Part shown: positions 19,804-29,135 of the stretch, in pieces | Position numbering within the stretch: position 1 is the first letter of the stretch | Layout of the letters: each line of letters opens with the position of its first letter | Assembly: GCA_963761305.1 (NCBI GenBank) | Contig: CAVXGK010000001.1 | Coordinates: 1,632,001-1,696,000 of the forward strand | Origin: an uncultured Gemmatimonadaceae bacterium | GTDB lineage: Bacteria; Gemmatimonadota; Gemmatimonadetes; Gemmatimonadales; Gemmatimonadaceae | Direction of reading: 5' to 3' | Length of the DNA: 64,000 nucleotides | Position numbers and translations under genes: made by a program | Notes under the pieces: generated by a model | What the model was told of the DNA's origin: nothing | Seen by the model: only the letters and a program-made list of their open reading frames with translations | The model's database searches: none

Positions 19804-21555
19804 TCACTGTACACACTGTCCCATCGGGTCCGGCTTCGGGTGGTCGACGACCGGCCGGTGGTCCAGATCCGCCACGCGGAGCGCCACGTCGTGCACGAAG
19901 TTGGCGACGCGCGCCAGATGCTCGTAGTCGATGTACTGCGGCTCGTCCGTCACCTCGTGGTAGTCGCGGTGGCCGCCGGTCGTGAAGAACACGATCGGAA
20001 TACCATACCGCGCATACTCGTAGTGGTCGCTGCGGCAGTAATACTGCTGCGGATGTCCGTTGGCGTCGAACTGGTAGTCGAACTTGAACGGCTTGGGCTG
20101 CGTCTTGTTGACGGTTTCGACGAGGTCACCGAGCTCGGTGGAGAGGCGCCGAGAGCCGATGAGCTGCAGGTAGGTCGGTCCGCCGTCTTTGATGTCGCCG
20201 GCGTCGCCCCGGCCGATCATGTCCATGTTGAGCTGCGCGACGATCGAGTCGCGCGGCACCGTCGGATGGTCGGTGAAGTACTGCGAGCCCCAGAGCCCCT
20301 TCTCCTCCCCGGCGTGCCACACGAAGAGGATCGAACGTTTGGGCTTCTGCGTGCCGCGCGCGAACGCTTCGGCGATCTCCAGCGTCGCCACGGTGCCTGA
20401 GCCGTCGTCGTCGGCGCCGTTGTAGATCGAGTCCAGACGCGGCGGATTCTTCTTGCGCAAACTGTCGAGAATCTGACGGATCTTCACCTGCTCTTCGGCC
20501 GTCGCGGGCCGATCGCGATCGTCCTCGCCTTGTGGGCGCACGACGGCGTCGAACGCGCGGAGCGAATCGTGATCCACCGGCGTATGGTTGAACCCGATGT
20601 GGTCGTTGTGGGCGCCGATCGCGACGTACTGGCCGGCGAGCTTGGGATCGCTCCCCTTCAAAATGGCGACGACGTTTCGCGCCGGTGCGCGCGTGGAGTC
20701 GAAGACGATGGATCCATGCACCGTCTTGCCGGGCGCTCCGCGCTTGAGGCTGTCGAACGGTGCGCCCACGAGCGCCGCACCCATCGGCCGGGTGACGTAG
20801 AGGAACGCGGGCAGCATCTGCGGCGCGCCGGCGCCTGGCGGCGGATCGTCGAGCCCCTCGGACGGTTCCACGAGGGCATTCCTTTGGTCCGCCTCGAAGC
20901 CCTCGAGCGCCACCACGGCGATCGCCGCCGATTTGATGTAGTAGCCGGTGAGCGGCTGACGATAGCCGGCGATGAGCGGCTTTCCGTCCGGTCCATTTCC
21001 GACCGCAATGACGACGAATTTTCCTTCGGCCGCGGCGGGAGGCACGAGCTTGGACGTGTCCACCGGCAGCGTCAGCGTGCCGCCGAACACGACCTGCGTG
21101 TTGTCGATCGGGCGAACCGTTCCGCCGAACAGCGAGTTGTCGCGTGGGACGAAGTCGGTCTTCACGGCGAACGTCTTTCCGTCGACGCTGATCGACGTCT
21201 TCGGCGAAAGGGTGTGATCGAACACCGGGAGGTTCTGGAAATACGTCCCGCTGTCCCCCGCCGGGATCAGCCCGAGCTTCTTCGCTTCGTTCGCGATGTA
21301 CGCGGTGGCTCTGAGGTGATTGGGCGTTCCCACCTCGCGGCCCATCATCGAGTCGTCGGCGAAGATGTAGAGGCGTGTCATGAGATCGGCCGCCGTGATC
21401 GCGGGCGTCGTCGGCTGCGGCGCGTGCTTGAGCGGTAGCGGCTTCTCCGCGCTCGCGGCTGCGGGTTGCTGTCCGGGGAGAGCTGTCGCCGCGATCAGGG
21501 CGATCGACGCGAAATGAACTGCGAGGCGAAGGGCGAAACGAGACTTGGCGACCAC
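19804..21555 (-). CDS. M28 family exported metallo-aminopeptidase
   Basis: GAHNDH, NGADDDGSG, GEEKGLWGS, NMDMIGR, RSDH, DYH. GTG start chosen after AGGGAG; start is uncertain. Confidence 0.88.
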   Translation of the reverse strand: MVAKSRFALRLAVHFASIALIAATALPGQQPAAASAEKPLPLKHAPQPTTPAITAADLMTRLYIFADDSMMGREVGTPNHLRATAYIANEAKKLGLIPAGDSGTYFQNLPVFDHTLSPKTSISVDGKTFAVKTDFVPRDNSLFGGTVRPIDNTQVVFGGTLTLPVDTSKLVPPAAAEGKFVVIAVGNGPDGKPLIAGYRQPLTGYYIKSAAIAVVALEGFEADQRNALVEPSEGLDDPPPGAGAPQMLPAFLYVTRPMGAALVGAPFDSLKRGAPGKTVHGSIVFDSTRAPARNVVAILKGSDPKLAGQYVAIGAHNDHIGFNHTPVDHDSLRAFDAVVRPQGEDDRDRPATAEEQVKIRQILDSLRKKNPPRLDSIYNGADDDGSGTVATLEIAEAFARGTQKPKRSILFVWHAGEEKGLWGSQYFTDHPTVPRDSIVAQLNMDMIGRGDAGDIKDGGPTYLQLIGSRRLSTELGDLVETVNKTQPKPFKFDYQFDANGHPQQYYCRSDHYEYARYGIPIVFFTTGGHRDYHEVTDEPQYIDYEHLARVANFVHDVALRVADLDHRPVVDHPKPDPMGQCVQ

Positions 21556-21771
21556 GACGAGCTCCCTGTGGTGAATCCAGACGACAATATCAAACTTCAT
21601 GCGACGGCGAAGCGAGGCTCGACATGTAAGGTTCGCGCAAGTCGTGATGTCCCAATACTTCCGGACCGAGTTTGCGCCTCTGCCCGGCCCGCGTAGCTTC
21701 AAGCTCAACAGCGTTTCCCAGACGGCGCGCGTTAGCTCGCGAGACGGCCGCGCGCCGACACCCGTTACTTC

Positions 21772-22884
21772 ATGAAAATCAGCGTTCCAACCGAGACCGC
21801 TCCCCGCGAGCAGAGGGTCGCACTCGCGCCTGACAGCGTGGCGCGACTCGTCAAACAGCTCAAGCTCGAGATCGTCGTCCAACGTGGCGCGGGGCTTCGC
21901 GCCGGCTTTCGCGACGACGCATATCAATCCGCCGGCGCGACGATTGTCCCCGACGCTGTCGCGGCACTCTCTGCCGCGCCGGTCATCGCCAAGGTCCAGC
22001 CGCCCGACGCGCAGGAGATCGCGCGCATCGCCGAAGGCTCGACACTCATCTCGCTGCTCAAGCCGGGACAGAGCGCCGAGGTCGTTCAGGCGCTCGCGGC
22101 GCGCCGCATCTCCGCGCTGGCGCTCGAGCTCGTTCCGCGCATCACGCGCGCGCAGTCGATGGACGTGCTCTCCTCACAGAGCACGGTCTCCGGCTACAAA
22201 GGCGTGCTGATCGGCGCCTCCGCGCTCGGCAAATTCCTTCCGATGCTCACGACGGCCGCCGGCAACATCTCTCCGGCAAAGGTGTTCGTCATCGGCGCGG
22301 GTGTCGCCGGCCTTCAGGCGATCGCCACCGGCCGCCGCTTGGGTGGCGTGGTCTCCGCCTTCGACGTGCGCCCCGCCGCTCGCGAGCAGGTGTTGAGCCT
22401 GGGCGCGACCTTCGTCGCCAACGAGTTGGCGAAGGAAGACGCGCAAGCGGCCGGCGGATACGCCCGCGCGCAGACGGAAGACGAGCAGGCCCGCACGCTC
22501 GCCGCGATCGCGAACCACATCAAGGATCAGGATCTCGTCGTCGCGACGGCGGCGATCCCGGGACGCCCGGCGCCGAAACTGATCACCGCCGAGATGGTCG
22601 CGTCGATGAAGGCGGGCTCGGTGATCGTGGATCTCGCCGCGGAGACGGGCGGTAACTGCGAGTTGTCGAAGCCCGGCGAAACGGTCGAAGCGAACGACGT
22701 GACGATCATCGCGCCGCTCAATGTCCCGAGCACCGCGGCGTTCCACGCCAGCCAGATGTTCGGCCGGAACATCTTCGAGCTGCTCAAGCACCTCGTGAAA
22801 GACGGCGTCCTCCAGCTCGACCCGACGGACGAAATCACGGGCGCCATGCTGATGACCCACGACGGACGAGTCCTCAAACAATGA
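21772..22884 (+). CDS. pntAA: NAD(P) transhydrogenase subunit alpha, part 1
   Basis: EQRVAL, PRITRAQSMDVLSSQ, GAGVAGLQA, DLAAETGGNC. Confidence 0.95.
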   Translation: MKISVPTETAPREQRVALAPDSVARLVKQLKLEIVVQRGAGLRAGFRDDAYQSAGATIVPDAVAALSAAPVIAKVQPPDAQEIARIAEGSTLISLLKPGQSAEVVQALAARRISALALELVPRITRAQSMDVLSSQSTVSGYKGVLIGASALGKFLPMLTTAAGNISPAKVFVIGAGVAGLQAIATGRRLGGVVSAFDVRPAAREQVLSLGATFVANELAKEDAQAAGGYARAQTEDEQARTLAAIANHIKDQDLVVATAAIPGRPAPKLITAEMVASMKAGSVIVDLAAETGGNCELSKPGETVEANDVTIIAPLNVPSTAAFHASQMFGRNIFELLKHLVKDGVLQLDPTDEITGAMLMTHDGRVLKQ

Positions 22885-23177
22885 ATCTTCTCGAACTGTA
22901 CGTCTTCATGTTGGCGGCGTTCGTCGGCTTCATGGTCATCTCGCGCGTGCCGCCGCTCCTCCACACGCCGCTCATGGCGGCGACGAACGCGATCTCCGGC
23001 ATTTCGCTCGTCGGATCGCTGATCGCTGCAGGATCCGCCCGCGATCACGTCGCGACGATTCTCGGATTCATCGCCGTCGTCGCGGCGTCGAGCAACATCG
23101 TCGGCGGATTCCTCATCACCGACCGCATGCTCCGCATGTTCCGGTCGGGCAACGACGGCAAGGCGGGACCGCGCTGA
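22881..23177 (+). CDS. pntAB: NAD(P) transhydrogenase subunit alpha, part 2
   Basis: VPPLLHTPLMAATNAISG...NIVGGFLITDRML; ATGA overlap. Confidence 0.95.
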   Translation: MNLLELYVFMLAAFVGFMVISRVPPLLHTPLMAATNAISGISLVGSLIAAGSARDHVATILGFIAVVAASSNIVGGFLITDRMLRMFRSGNDGKAGPR

Positions 23178-24565
23178 TGCGCGACGTTTTCATCGAGGCC
23201 AGTTACCTCATCGCGTCCGCGCTGTTCATTCTCGGACTGCGCAGCCTCACGCGACCGGACAAGGCGCGCCGCGGCATGCAGCAGGCCGCGGTGGGCATGC
23301 TGTTCGCCATCGTCGGCACGCTGTTGAATCACACGATCGTCGACTACCGCTGGATCGCCGCGGGACTCGTGCTCGGCGTGGTCATCGGCTACCCGATGGG
23401 CCAGTGGGTGCCGATGACGGCGATGCCGCAGCGAATCGCGCTGGCCCTCACCTTCAGCGCGCTGGCCGCGACGCTCGTCGGCATCGCCGAGTATCACTCG
23501 GAGATCACAGCCGGGACGCTGCCCGCGCGCGCGACGATGCTCGCGCTCGGGTTCGAGGTCATGCTCGGCTCGATCACCGTCGGCGGGACGATCATCGCCG
23601 CGGGCAAGCTCCAGGAATGGATCACGTCCAAACCGGTGACATTCCCGGGCCAGAACTTCGTGAACGGCGCGATCTTCCTCGGCATCGTCGCGCTGGCGGC
23701 GTACACGATCGTCGACCCGTCGAAGGGGTGGGCGTTCTACACGATGATCGGCGCATCGCTGGTGTTCGGCGTCATGCTCGTGATGCCGATCGGCGGCGCC
23801 GACATGCCGGTCGTGGTGGCGCTGCTCAATTCGTATTCCGGCCTCGCGTCGTGCGCGACCGGATTCGCGATCGGCAACGTCATCCTGATCATCAGCGGTT
23901 CGCTCGACGGCGCGTCGGGTTTCATCCTGTCGATCCTGATGAGCAAGGCGATGAACCGTTCGTTCACGAACGTGCTGTTCGGCGCGTTCGGGAGTGAAAC
24001 GAAGGCGGTCGGCGCCAAATCGTCGGCCGGTCTGTCGGTGCGCTCGATCAGCGTCGAGGACGCGGCGATCCAGCTCGCGTACGCGCAGCTCGTGATCGTG
24101 ATTCCGGGATACGGCATGGCTGTCGCCCAGGCACAGCACGCCGTGCGCGAGTTGGCCGAGTTGATCGAGAAGCGCGGCGGCGAAGTGAAGTTCGCCGTGC
24201 ATCCGGTGGCCGGCCGCATGCCCGGTCACATGAATGTGCTGCTCGCCGAAGCGAACGTGCCGTACGACAAGTTGTACGACATGGACGAGATCAACAGCGA
24301 GTTCGACCGCGCCGACGTCGCGCTCGTGATCGGGGCGAACGACGTGGTGAACCCGGCCGCGCGCAACGACAAGGCGTCGCCCATCTACGGGATGCCGATT
24401 CTCAACGCCGATCACGCGAAGAGTGTGATCGTGATGAAACGCGGCATGGCCGCTGGCTTCGCGGGAATCGAGAACGATCTGTTCTACGACAAACGCACGA
24501 GTATGCTGTTCGGCGACGCCAAAGCCTCGCTGACGGGCCTGATCACCGAGATCAAGAACGTCTGA
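23177..24565 (+). CDS. pntB: NAD(P) transhydrogenase subunit beta
   Basis: GGADMPVVVALLNSYSG, HPVAGRMPGHMNVLLAEA, GANDVVNP. Confidence 0.96.
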   Translation: MRDVFIEASYLIASALFILGLRSLTRPDKARRGMQQAAVGMLFAIVGTLLNHTIVDYRWIAAGLVLGVVIGYPMGQWVPMTAMPQRIALALTFSALAATLVGIAEYHSEITAGTLPARATMLALGFEVMLGSITVGGTIIAAGKLQEWITSKPVTFPGQNFVNGAIFLGIVALAAYTIVDPSKGWAFYTMIGASLVFGVMLVMPIGGADMPVVVALLNSYSGLASCATGFAIGNVILIISGSLDGASGFILSILMSKAMNRSFTNVLFGAFGSETKAVGAKSSAGLSVRSISVEDAAIQLAYAQLVIVIPGYGMAVAQAQHAVRELAELIEKRGGEVKFAVHPVAGRMPGHMNVLLAEANVPYDKLYDMDEINSEFDRADVALVIGANDVVNPAARNDKASPIYGMPILNADHAKSVIVMKRGMAAGFAGIENDLFYDKRTSMLFGDAKASLTGLITEIKNV

Positions 24566-24584
24566 CGGGATCGCAGCAATTGCT

Positions 24585-24616
24585 GTCCACGCGTCCACCC
24601 GTCAAGCTGTCCACCT
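24585..24616. repeat. Octamer tandem repeat (GTCCACCY family), 4 imperfect units
   Basis: GTCCACGC GTCCACCC GTCAAGCT GTCCACCT, just after the pntB stop. Confidence 0.6.
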
Positions 24617-24694
24617 GAATTTGACCGCAAGTCTCGGATAGCTGTCGCTCGCGCGCCGCTCGTACGTTGCGGACACCAACTACCGCGAGCAATC

Positions 24695-25771
24695 ATGTCT
24701 GCCATGGCCGTTCGTTCCGCCGACCTGAAAGAGGTCTCGTCCTCCGAGGCGTGGCGCGCCGTCGAATCGCGCGACGCACGCTACGACGGACGCTTCGTGT
24801 TCGCCGTCCGCTCGACGGGCGTCTTCTGCAAGCCGTCGTGCCCCTCACGCCGCGCGCTGCGCGCGAACGTCGAGTTCTACTCGACGACCGCCGCCGCCCA
24901 GCGCGCGGGCTTTCGTGCGTGTCTCCGCTGCCGGCCCACGGAAGACTCGACCGCCAATCCGGCGATCGAGCGCGCTCGCGCGTATCTCGATGCACACGCC
25001 GACGGGTTCGTCTCCCTCGAAGAGCTCGCCTCTCACGTTGGGTTGAGCGCGTCGCACTTGCAGCGCTCGTTCAAGCGCCTCGTCGGAGTGTCGCCGAGAG
25101 AGTATCAGGCCGAGAACCGCATGCGGCGCCTGAAGTCGCGCTTGCGTGCCGGCGACACGGTGAGCCGCGCGACGTACGCAGCGGGGTTCAACTCGAGTCG
25201 CGGCGTCTACGAGCGTGCGTCGGCGTCGCTCGGCATGACGCCGGCCGCGTACCGCCGCGGAGGCGCCGGAGTGCGCATCGGCTATACGATCGCCGACGCG
25301 CCGGTCGGCCGTGTGCTCGTCGCGACGACCGAACGCGGCGTATGCGCGGTCGAGCTTGGCGCGACCGATGCCGACGTCGAGCGCGCGCTGACGGCGGATT
25401 TCCCGAACGCGACGATCGCGCGCAACGATGACGCGCACGAGACGTGGGTGCGAGCCGTGCTCGATCGGGTGCGAGAGCCCATGCGCCCGTCGTCGCACCG
25501 AATTCCGCTCGACCTGAACGGCAGCGAGTTCCAGCGCCGGGTCTGGGCCGCCCTCCGGGCGATTCCCGTCGGTGAACGACGTTCGTACGCCGAGGTCGCC
25601 GAGGCGATCGGATCACCGAAGTCGAGCCGAGCCGTTGCCCAGGCGTGCGCGAGCAACCGACTCGCTGTGGTGATCCCGTGTCACCGTGTGGTTCGGGGTG
25701 ACGGCGAGCTTTCCGGTTACAAATGGGGCGTCCAGCGGAAACGGCTCCTGCTCGCTAAGGAGTCCGAGTAG
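24695..25771 (+). CDS. ada: Bifunctional Ada transcriptional activator / O6-methylguanine-DNA methyltransferase
   Basis: FCKPSC and ACLRC zinc site, AraC HTH, IPCHRVV. Confidence 0.95.
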   Translation: MSAMAVRSADLKEVSSSEAWRAVESRDARYDGRFVFAVRSTGVFCKPSCPSRRALRANVEFYSTTAAAQRAGFRACLRCRPTEDSTANPAIERARAYLDAHADGFVSLEELASHVGLSASHLQRSFKRLVGVSPREYQAENRMRRLKSRLRAGDTVSRATYAAGFNSSRGVYERASASLGMTPAAYRRGGAGVRIGYTIADAPVGRVLVATTERGVCAVELGATDADVERALTADFPNATIARNDDAHETWVRAVLDRVREPMRPSSHRIPLDLNGSEFQRRVWAALRAIPVGERRSYAEVAEAIGSPKSSRAVAQACASNRLAVVIPCHRVVRGDGELSGYKWGVQRKRLLLAKESE

Positions 25772-25778
25772 CTCGGTT

Positions 25779-26052
25779 AACTGCAACTGCCGACTGCTAC
25801 TGCCTGACGCAAGACGCAGAGACCGCAGAACGCAGAGAACAGCCGCGGAGGTCAAGCTCCGCGCGCTATGAGCCCGGGATGTTTTTGTTGAAGCCGCTCG
25901 GGACGCTTCGGTGCGCCGCGAAAGCATCCACGACGAGTGAGGCTTCCCGAGCGGCAGTTCCCCAAGAATCCCGGCTCGTTGGGCGACGCGCCTGGATCCT
26001 CTCGGCTGTTCTCTGCGTCTCTGCGTTTTCTGCGTCTCCGCGTCGAGCAGTT
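25779..26052. repeat. Nested inverted-repeat element, copy 2
   Basis: Same arms as copy 1; central loop resembles the reverse complement of copy 1's. Starts just after the ada stop. Confidence 0.85.
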
Positions 26053-26085
26053 CATTGGCCTTGCCAAGTGCACGGTCGCGGGCCA

Positions 26086-26106
26086 CTATACCGCATGACG
26101 GTATAG
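26086..26106. promoter_or_regulatory. Palindromic candidate PadR operator
   Basis: CTATACCG-CATGA-CGGTATAG, 40 nt upstream of padR. Confidence 0.55.
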
Positions 26107-26145
26107 CGATAGATGATATAGAACCCGTTCACCCGTCCCCCCGCA

Positions 26146-26475
26146 ATGGGCCCACTCTCCGTACAGGTTTTTCAGATCCTCCTCTCGCTGGTCGACGACG
26201 ACCTGCACGGGTACGCCATCATTCAGGACGTCGCGCGTCGAACTGACGGCGAGGTCCGCCTCACGGCGAGCACGTTGTACGCCGCGGTGAAGCGTCTGCT
26301 GGACAACGGGTGGATCGAAGAGCTTCGGCAACGGCCGCGTGCGGGCGACGATGCGCGCCGACGATACTACCGGCTCACGCCGCGCGGACGCCATGCGGCG
26401 CAGACCGAAGCGCTCCGCATCGAGCGCCTCGCCGGTATGGCAAGATCGAAACAGCTCATCGGCGCGCGGCGATGA
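26146..26475 (+). CDS. PadR family transcriptional regulator
   Basis: ILLSL...HGYAII...TLYAAVKRL...RRRYYRLT. Confidence 0.9.
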   Translation: MGPLSVQVFQILLSLVDDDLHGYAIIQDVARRTDGEVRLTASTLYAAVKRLLDNGWIEELRQRPRAGDDARRRYYRLTPRGRHAAQTEALRIERLAGMARSKQLIGARR

Positions 26476-29126
26476 TCGTCCGCGTTTACCGCGCCCTGCT
26501 CGCGCTCCTGCTGCCGTCGCGATTTCACGACGCGTTCGCGGACGACATGGTCGCGGTATTCGCCGAGCTCGCCCGCAAACGCGGCGTCCGCGCCCTGATC
26601 GACGAGCTGCCCGGCCTGATGTCGCTCGCCGTTCGCGCACGACGAAGCGACAAAACGACACGCATTCATGACGTGAACGTGCGGCTGGAGGAGAACATGC
26701 TCGACTCGCTCGGACAGGACATCAGGTTCGCTCTGCGCGCGCTCCGACAAGCCCCCGGCTTCGCTCTCGTCGCTGTCGTGACGCTCGCGCTGGGCATCGG
26801 CGCCAACACCGCGATCTTCAGCGTGGTGAACGGCGTGCTGCTCAAGCCGCTCGCCTTTCCGCATCCCGAGCAGCTCCTGCGCGTATGGCAAGTCGAGAAC
26901 GTCGACGGGTCCACGCGCCAGACGACCGTGTCCGCCGTCAACCTCGATGACTGGCGCGCCCGCCGTAAACAGCTCGCCGACATCGGCGGCTATTTCTACA
27001 TCGAGGGAATGAGCGGCACCGATCTCACCGGCATCGGCGAGCCGCAGCGGATCTCGACGGCGTTCATCACCCCAGGCTTCTGGAACACACTGGGCGTCGC
27101 GCCGGAGATCGGCCGTTTGCCGCGCGACGAGGAGATGGTGCGCGGATCGAACGACCGACTCGTCGTCCTCTCATACGACTTCTGGCAACGCGAATTCGGC
27201 GGCGCACGTACCGTCGTCGGGCAGCGCGTGACACTCGGCGGACAATCATACGAGATCGTCGGCACGATGCCGCCGAGCTTCCGGTTCCCCACGCCGGCCG
27301 TCGAGATGTACATCCCGTACTCGACCATTCCCGATGACGCGATCCCGCGCCTGCGCGGCGTGCGAATCCTGAGCACGATCGCACGTCTCAAGCCGGGCGT
27401 CACCCTCGGTCAGGCGACCGGCGAGATGAATGCCATTACGCGCGGTCTCGCCCAGCAGTACGAGGAAGACCGCACGCTCGGCGCCGCGGCGGTGGCGCCG
27501 CTGCAGGACGCCATCGTCGGCAAAGTGCGCGCGACGTTGCTCGTCCTCCTCGGCGCCGTCGGGTTCGTGCTGCTCATCGCCGCGGTGAATCTCGCCAGCC
27601 TGTTGCTCGCGCGCGCGACGGCACGAGAGCGCGAGTTCGCCATCCGTGTCGCGCTCGGGGCCGGCCGTTCGCGCCTCATTCGACAGCTCTGCACGGAAAG
27701 CGTCATTCTCGCTCTCTTGGGCGGATTGCTCGGCGTCGGCGTCGCGATCGTTGGGAAGAGTGCGCTCCTCCGCCTGGCAGCCGGCCAACTTCCGCGCGCC
27801 GAAGAGGCCGGACTCGATGTCCGCGTGCTGCTGTTCACCGCGGGACTCACGATCCTCACCGGTCTGATATTCGGACTCGTGCCGGCGGCCCGCGCGTCGT
27901 CGCCCGAGCTTCAGCATTCGTTGCGAGAGGGCGCGCGCGGCAGCACGAGCACCACGGGCAGGCTCCGCAACGGGCTCGTCGTCGCCGAAGTAGCCCTCGC
28001 CGTCGTGCTGGTGATCGGCGCCGGGCTCATGACGCGCAGCTTCATCAAGCTGATGCAAATCGACCTCGGCTTCGCGCGCGACCATCGCGTCGCGTTGAAC
28101 TTCACCCTGTCCGACGCGCGCCATCCGTCTGAAGCGGAGATGAAGGACACGTACGCCGAGATGCTGAGCCGTGTGCGGAAGGTGCCCGGGGTGATCGCAG
28201 CCGGCGCCATTCGCGATCTCCCGTTTCGCGGCGACGGTGAAGCGATCGGATTCTTGCCGCCGGGCGTGACCCCGGCGGCGGACGGTGAGTTGCCGCGCGC
28301 GACGCTGATGTTCGCGAGCGACGGCTTCTTTGCGGCGATGGGAATTCCGCTCGTCGCCGGTCGCGATCTCACGCCGCAGGATCGAACGGGCGCGCCGATC
28401 GCGCTCGTCGTGAACCAGGCGCTGGCCAAGAAATACTTTCCGGGCCGGAGTCCCGTCGGACAGACGATCACGTTCGGCGGGCCGAATCATTTCATGATCG
28501 TCGGAGTGGTCGGCGATGTGCGTCAGGAAGCCGTCGACGAGACGCCAGGGCCGCGCATGTACGCCAGCGTGTACCAGATGTTCCGCGTCAAGGTGAACCT
28601 GGTGGCGCGTACGCAGGGCGAGCCGCAGGCGATGATCAAGCGCCTCGAGGACGCGGTGCGCTCCGTGGATCCGCAGCAGGCGTTCACGGCCGCGTTCACG
28701 CTCGACGATGCCGTCGGCGACGCCGTGGCCCGCCCGCGACTGCTCGCCGTCCTTCTCGGTCTCTTCGGCGCGATGGGACTCGTGCTCGGAGCGCTGGGGA
28801 TCTACGGCGTACTCGCCTATCTCGTCACGCAGCGCACCCGTGAGATCGGCGTTCGCGTCGCGCTCGGCGCGCGACCCGGCGCCGTGCGGCGGATGGTCGT
28901 CGGGCGGGGGCTGCGGCTCGCCGGAGCCGGAGTGGTCGTCGGAATCGGCGCGGCGCTCGTGCTCACGAGAGTGATGCAAGGCGTGCTGTACGGCGTGACG
29001 CCGACCGACCCGTTCACGTTCGCAGCCGTCGCCGCCGCGTTGCTCTGCGTGGCCGGGATCGCGAGTTGGGTTCCGGCTCGGCGAGCAACAAAGGTCGATC
29101 CGCTCGTGGCGCTCCGGGCGGAGTGA
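26472..29126 (+). CDS. Duplicated orphan ABC permease (ADOP-type, MacB/FtsX x2)
   Basis: QDIRFALRAL..PGF, LALGIGANTAIFS, REFAIRVALGA, REIGVRVALGA, DPLVALRAE; ATGA coupling to padR. Confidence 0.92.
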   Translation: MIVRVYRALLALLLPSRFHDAFADDMVAVFAELARKRGVRALIDELPGLMSLAVRARRSDKTTRIHDVNVRLEENMLDSLGQDIRFALRALRQAPGFALVAVVTLALGIGANTAIFSVVNGVLLKPLAFPHPEQLLRVWQVENVDGSTRQTTVSAVNLDDWRARRKQLADIGGYFYIEGMSGTDLTGIGEPQRISTAFITPGFWNTLGVAPEIGRLPRDEEMVRGSNDRLVVLSYDFWQREFGGARTVVGQRVTLGGQSYEIVGTMPPSFRFPTPAVEMYIPYSTIPDDAIPRLRGVRILSTIARLKPGVTLGQATGEMNAITRGLAQQYEEDRTLGAAAVAPLQDAIVGKVRATLLVLLGAVGFVLLIAAVNLASLLLARATAREREFAIRVALGAGRSRLIRQLCTESVILALLGGLLGVGVAIVGKSALLRLAAGQLPRAEEAGLDVRVLLFTAGLTILTGLIFGLVPAARASSPELQHSLREGARGSTSTTGRLRNGLVVAEVALAVVLVIGAGLMTRSFIKLMQIDLGFARDHRVALNFTLSDARHPSEAEMKDTYAEMLSRVRKVPGVIAAGAIRDLPFRGDGEAIGFLPPGVTPAADGELPRATLMFASDGFFAAMGIPLVAGRDLTPQDRTGAPIALVVNQALAKKYFPGRSPVGQTITFGGPNHFMIVGVVGDVRQEAVDETPGPRMYASVYQMFRVKVNLVARTQGEPQAMIKRLEDAVRSVDPQQAFTAAFTLDDAVGDAVARPRLLAVLLGLFGAMGLVLGALGIYGVLAYLVTQRTREIGVRVALGARPGAVRRMVVGRGLRLAGAGVVVGIGAALVLTRVMQGVLYGVTPTDPFTFAAVAAALLCVAGIASWVPARRATKVDPLVALRAE

Positions 29127-29135
29127 CGCCGACGG